From assembly GCF_009914755.1 (NCBI RefSeq), contig NC_060930.1: a stretch of 64,000 nucleotides of DNA. One strand, 5' to 3'. A program made the position numbers and the translations under genes. This stretch comes from the human T2T-CHM13v2.0 reference genome, Homo sapiens. The notes under the pieces are model-generated. The model did no database searches. It saw only the letters and a list, made by a program, of their open reading frames with translations, and was not told the DNA's origin. Shown in pieces: positions 62,501 to 64,000 of the stretch (its first letter is position 1; the number at the start of each line of letters is the position of its first letter).

Positions 62501-64000
62501 TTGGAAGACTTGTCACATTCAAAGTATTGACATTCATTGCCTAGCTTCATTCTCACGGCAACTTTTGGACGAATTAAACTTCTGCTCAAAGACAGTCACA
62601 ATAGCTATAATAAAATTAGTGTTTGATTCTAGCTTTGTCTAATTGCAAAGCCTGAACTGGAGGTAAATGTCTGGTGTAAGCAAACTTCCACTGCCCCTTA
62701 AACCATACCTCACTGATAATTGTCTCTTGTCCTACCCATAGCCTGGTTCTGCACCACTTTCTGCACCAATTTATGTCGTATTTCTAAAGGTTATTTTTCC
62801 CTTCTTTATTACTATTTTCAGTTAAAAGATTTCTCAGTTAGCATGGCTTAGTAAATCAAGAACTTACATCTGTACAATCTCAGAGAAACCCAAGGGCATC
62901 ACAAGCACCACTAGTGACATGTTTCCTTCATTGTAAATGGGCAATAGCACTTGCTGTTTTTGAATGCCATGAACACATTGGGAATATTCAGCTACTTTGT
63001 GGGTCAATATAGAAAAATTATATTAAATATGAAGAAACGGTCCCAATTTTCTCATCATATTGAAATGCCAATAATTATAATAGCTCACAGATATGTTATG
63101 AGGATTGACAAAGTACCACATGGAAAGCGCAAAAGGCAGCTCACAGCTTAGGAAAAGTGTTAAGTCAATACTAGCTTTTATTAATGATGTTTTTATACTT
63201 ATGAGTAAGATTATTGGGTTCCTATTCTCTAAGAGTTCACTAGCTCCAGAACCACACAGTAAAATGCTTCCTCTCTTTATGTCCCTTCCAATGTCAATTT
63301 CACTGCTTCTGTTCTATATTCCAGAAGTGTGATTGGTGATTAATGAAGTAAATATAAGAATAAGCTCTAGATGATAAGAAACTGGTTATATTTGCAAATA
63401 CAGCCCTCAGTAACCTGTATACTTATAAATAACCTGAGATTTCTGCCCCCATATGTACCAAAACAGTAACTGAAATATAGTTTCTACACACTCACCTCCC
63501 AACCCTTTCTTATCCTGTAAAATAACTAAACAGGAGACTGTATGATCATAGCTGAATAATAAGGCTCTGCCTGTATCGGTTACCTTTTTCTGAAGGTCCT
63601 AAGGTCCTAATGTGTTTCAGGAATGTCTACCTTTGACCTTGCTAGTCCATACTCTGAAACGTCTAATTTTATTTTTATGCTTTTTGTGTACTAGGGTGAG
63701 GGCAGGCAGGTAAAGGTTAGGTTGTGTGATATTCAGAGGCTGGAAACTGAAACCCCCTGTTTCTCACAGCACAGATGTGGTGCAGACAGCCCGGGCCTCT
63801 ACATTTCCTCGCTGTGCCCTAAAAATGACCTTAACCCTGACATAGAAAGAGAAGCAACATCACTGTGAAAGGCTGTTGCTGGCTGGCTGTGTGAGAGGGA
63901 GCAGTTTTCTGAGTGTGGGGCTGTGTCCCATTGGCCTCTCCTGTGTCATAACACTTCCAGTCTCTCCAAGTTGACCTGGATCCTCTGAAGCCAAAGAAAG

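Overview
Primate (human-like), AT-rich, repeat-dense genomic DNA. I can support no intact protein-coding gene; it looks intergenic or deep intronic. The main items are: (i) a full-length but inactivated L1PA3-type LINE-1 (18180-24219) with a 16-bp TSD, inserted in an old L1MC and lacking the 129-bp ZNF93-bound 5'UTR segment; (ii) a 5'-inverted (twin-primed) L1PA15/16-type element (27318-29549, TSD GAAACTAGAAAT) with a full-length RPS4X processed pseudogene nested in its inverted arm; (iii) a 3'-truncated L1PB-type element with an Alu inside; (iv) six Alus, several MaLR/ERVL LTRs (THE1, MST, MLT1, MLT2), old L1M/L2/L3/MIR/hAT/Tigger fragments and microsatellites. The signals the repeat annotation does not explain are two non-tandem local duplications of unique sequence (442 bp and 116 bp) with junction microhomology, several small templated-insertion or fold-back scars, and a strong + strand micro-exon candidate (37625-37661) with other orphan splice sites. 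I found no convincing novel biological system. Repeat subfamily names come from recalled consensus sequences and need a Dfam/RepeatMasker check.
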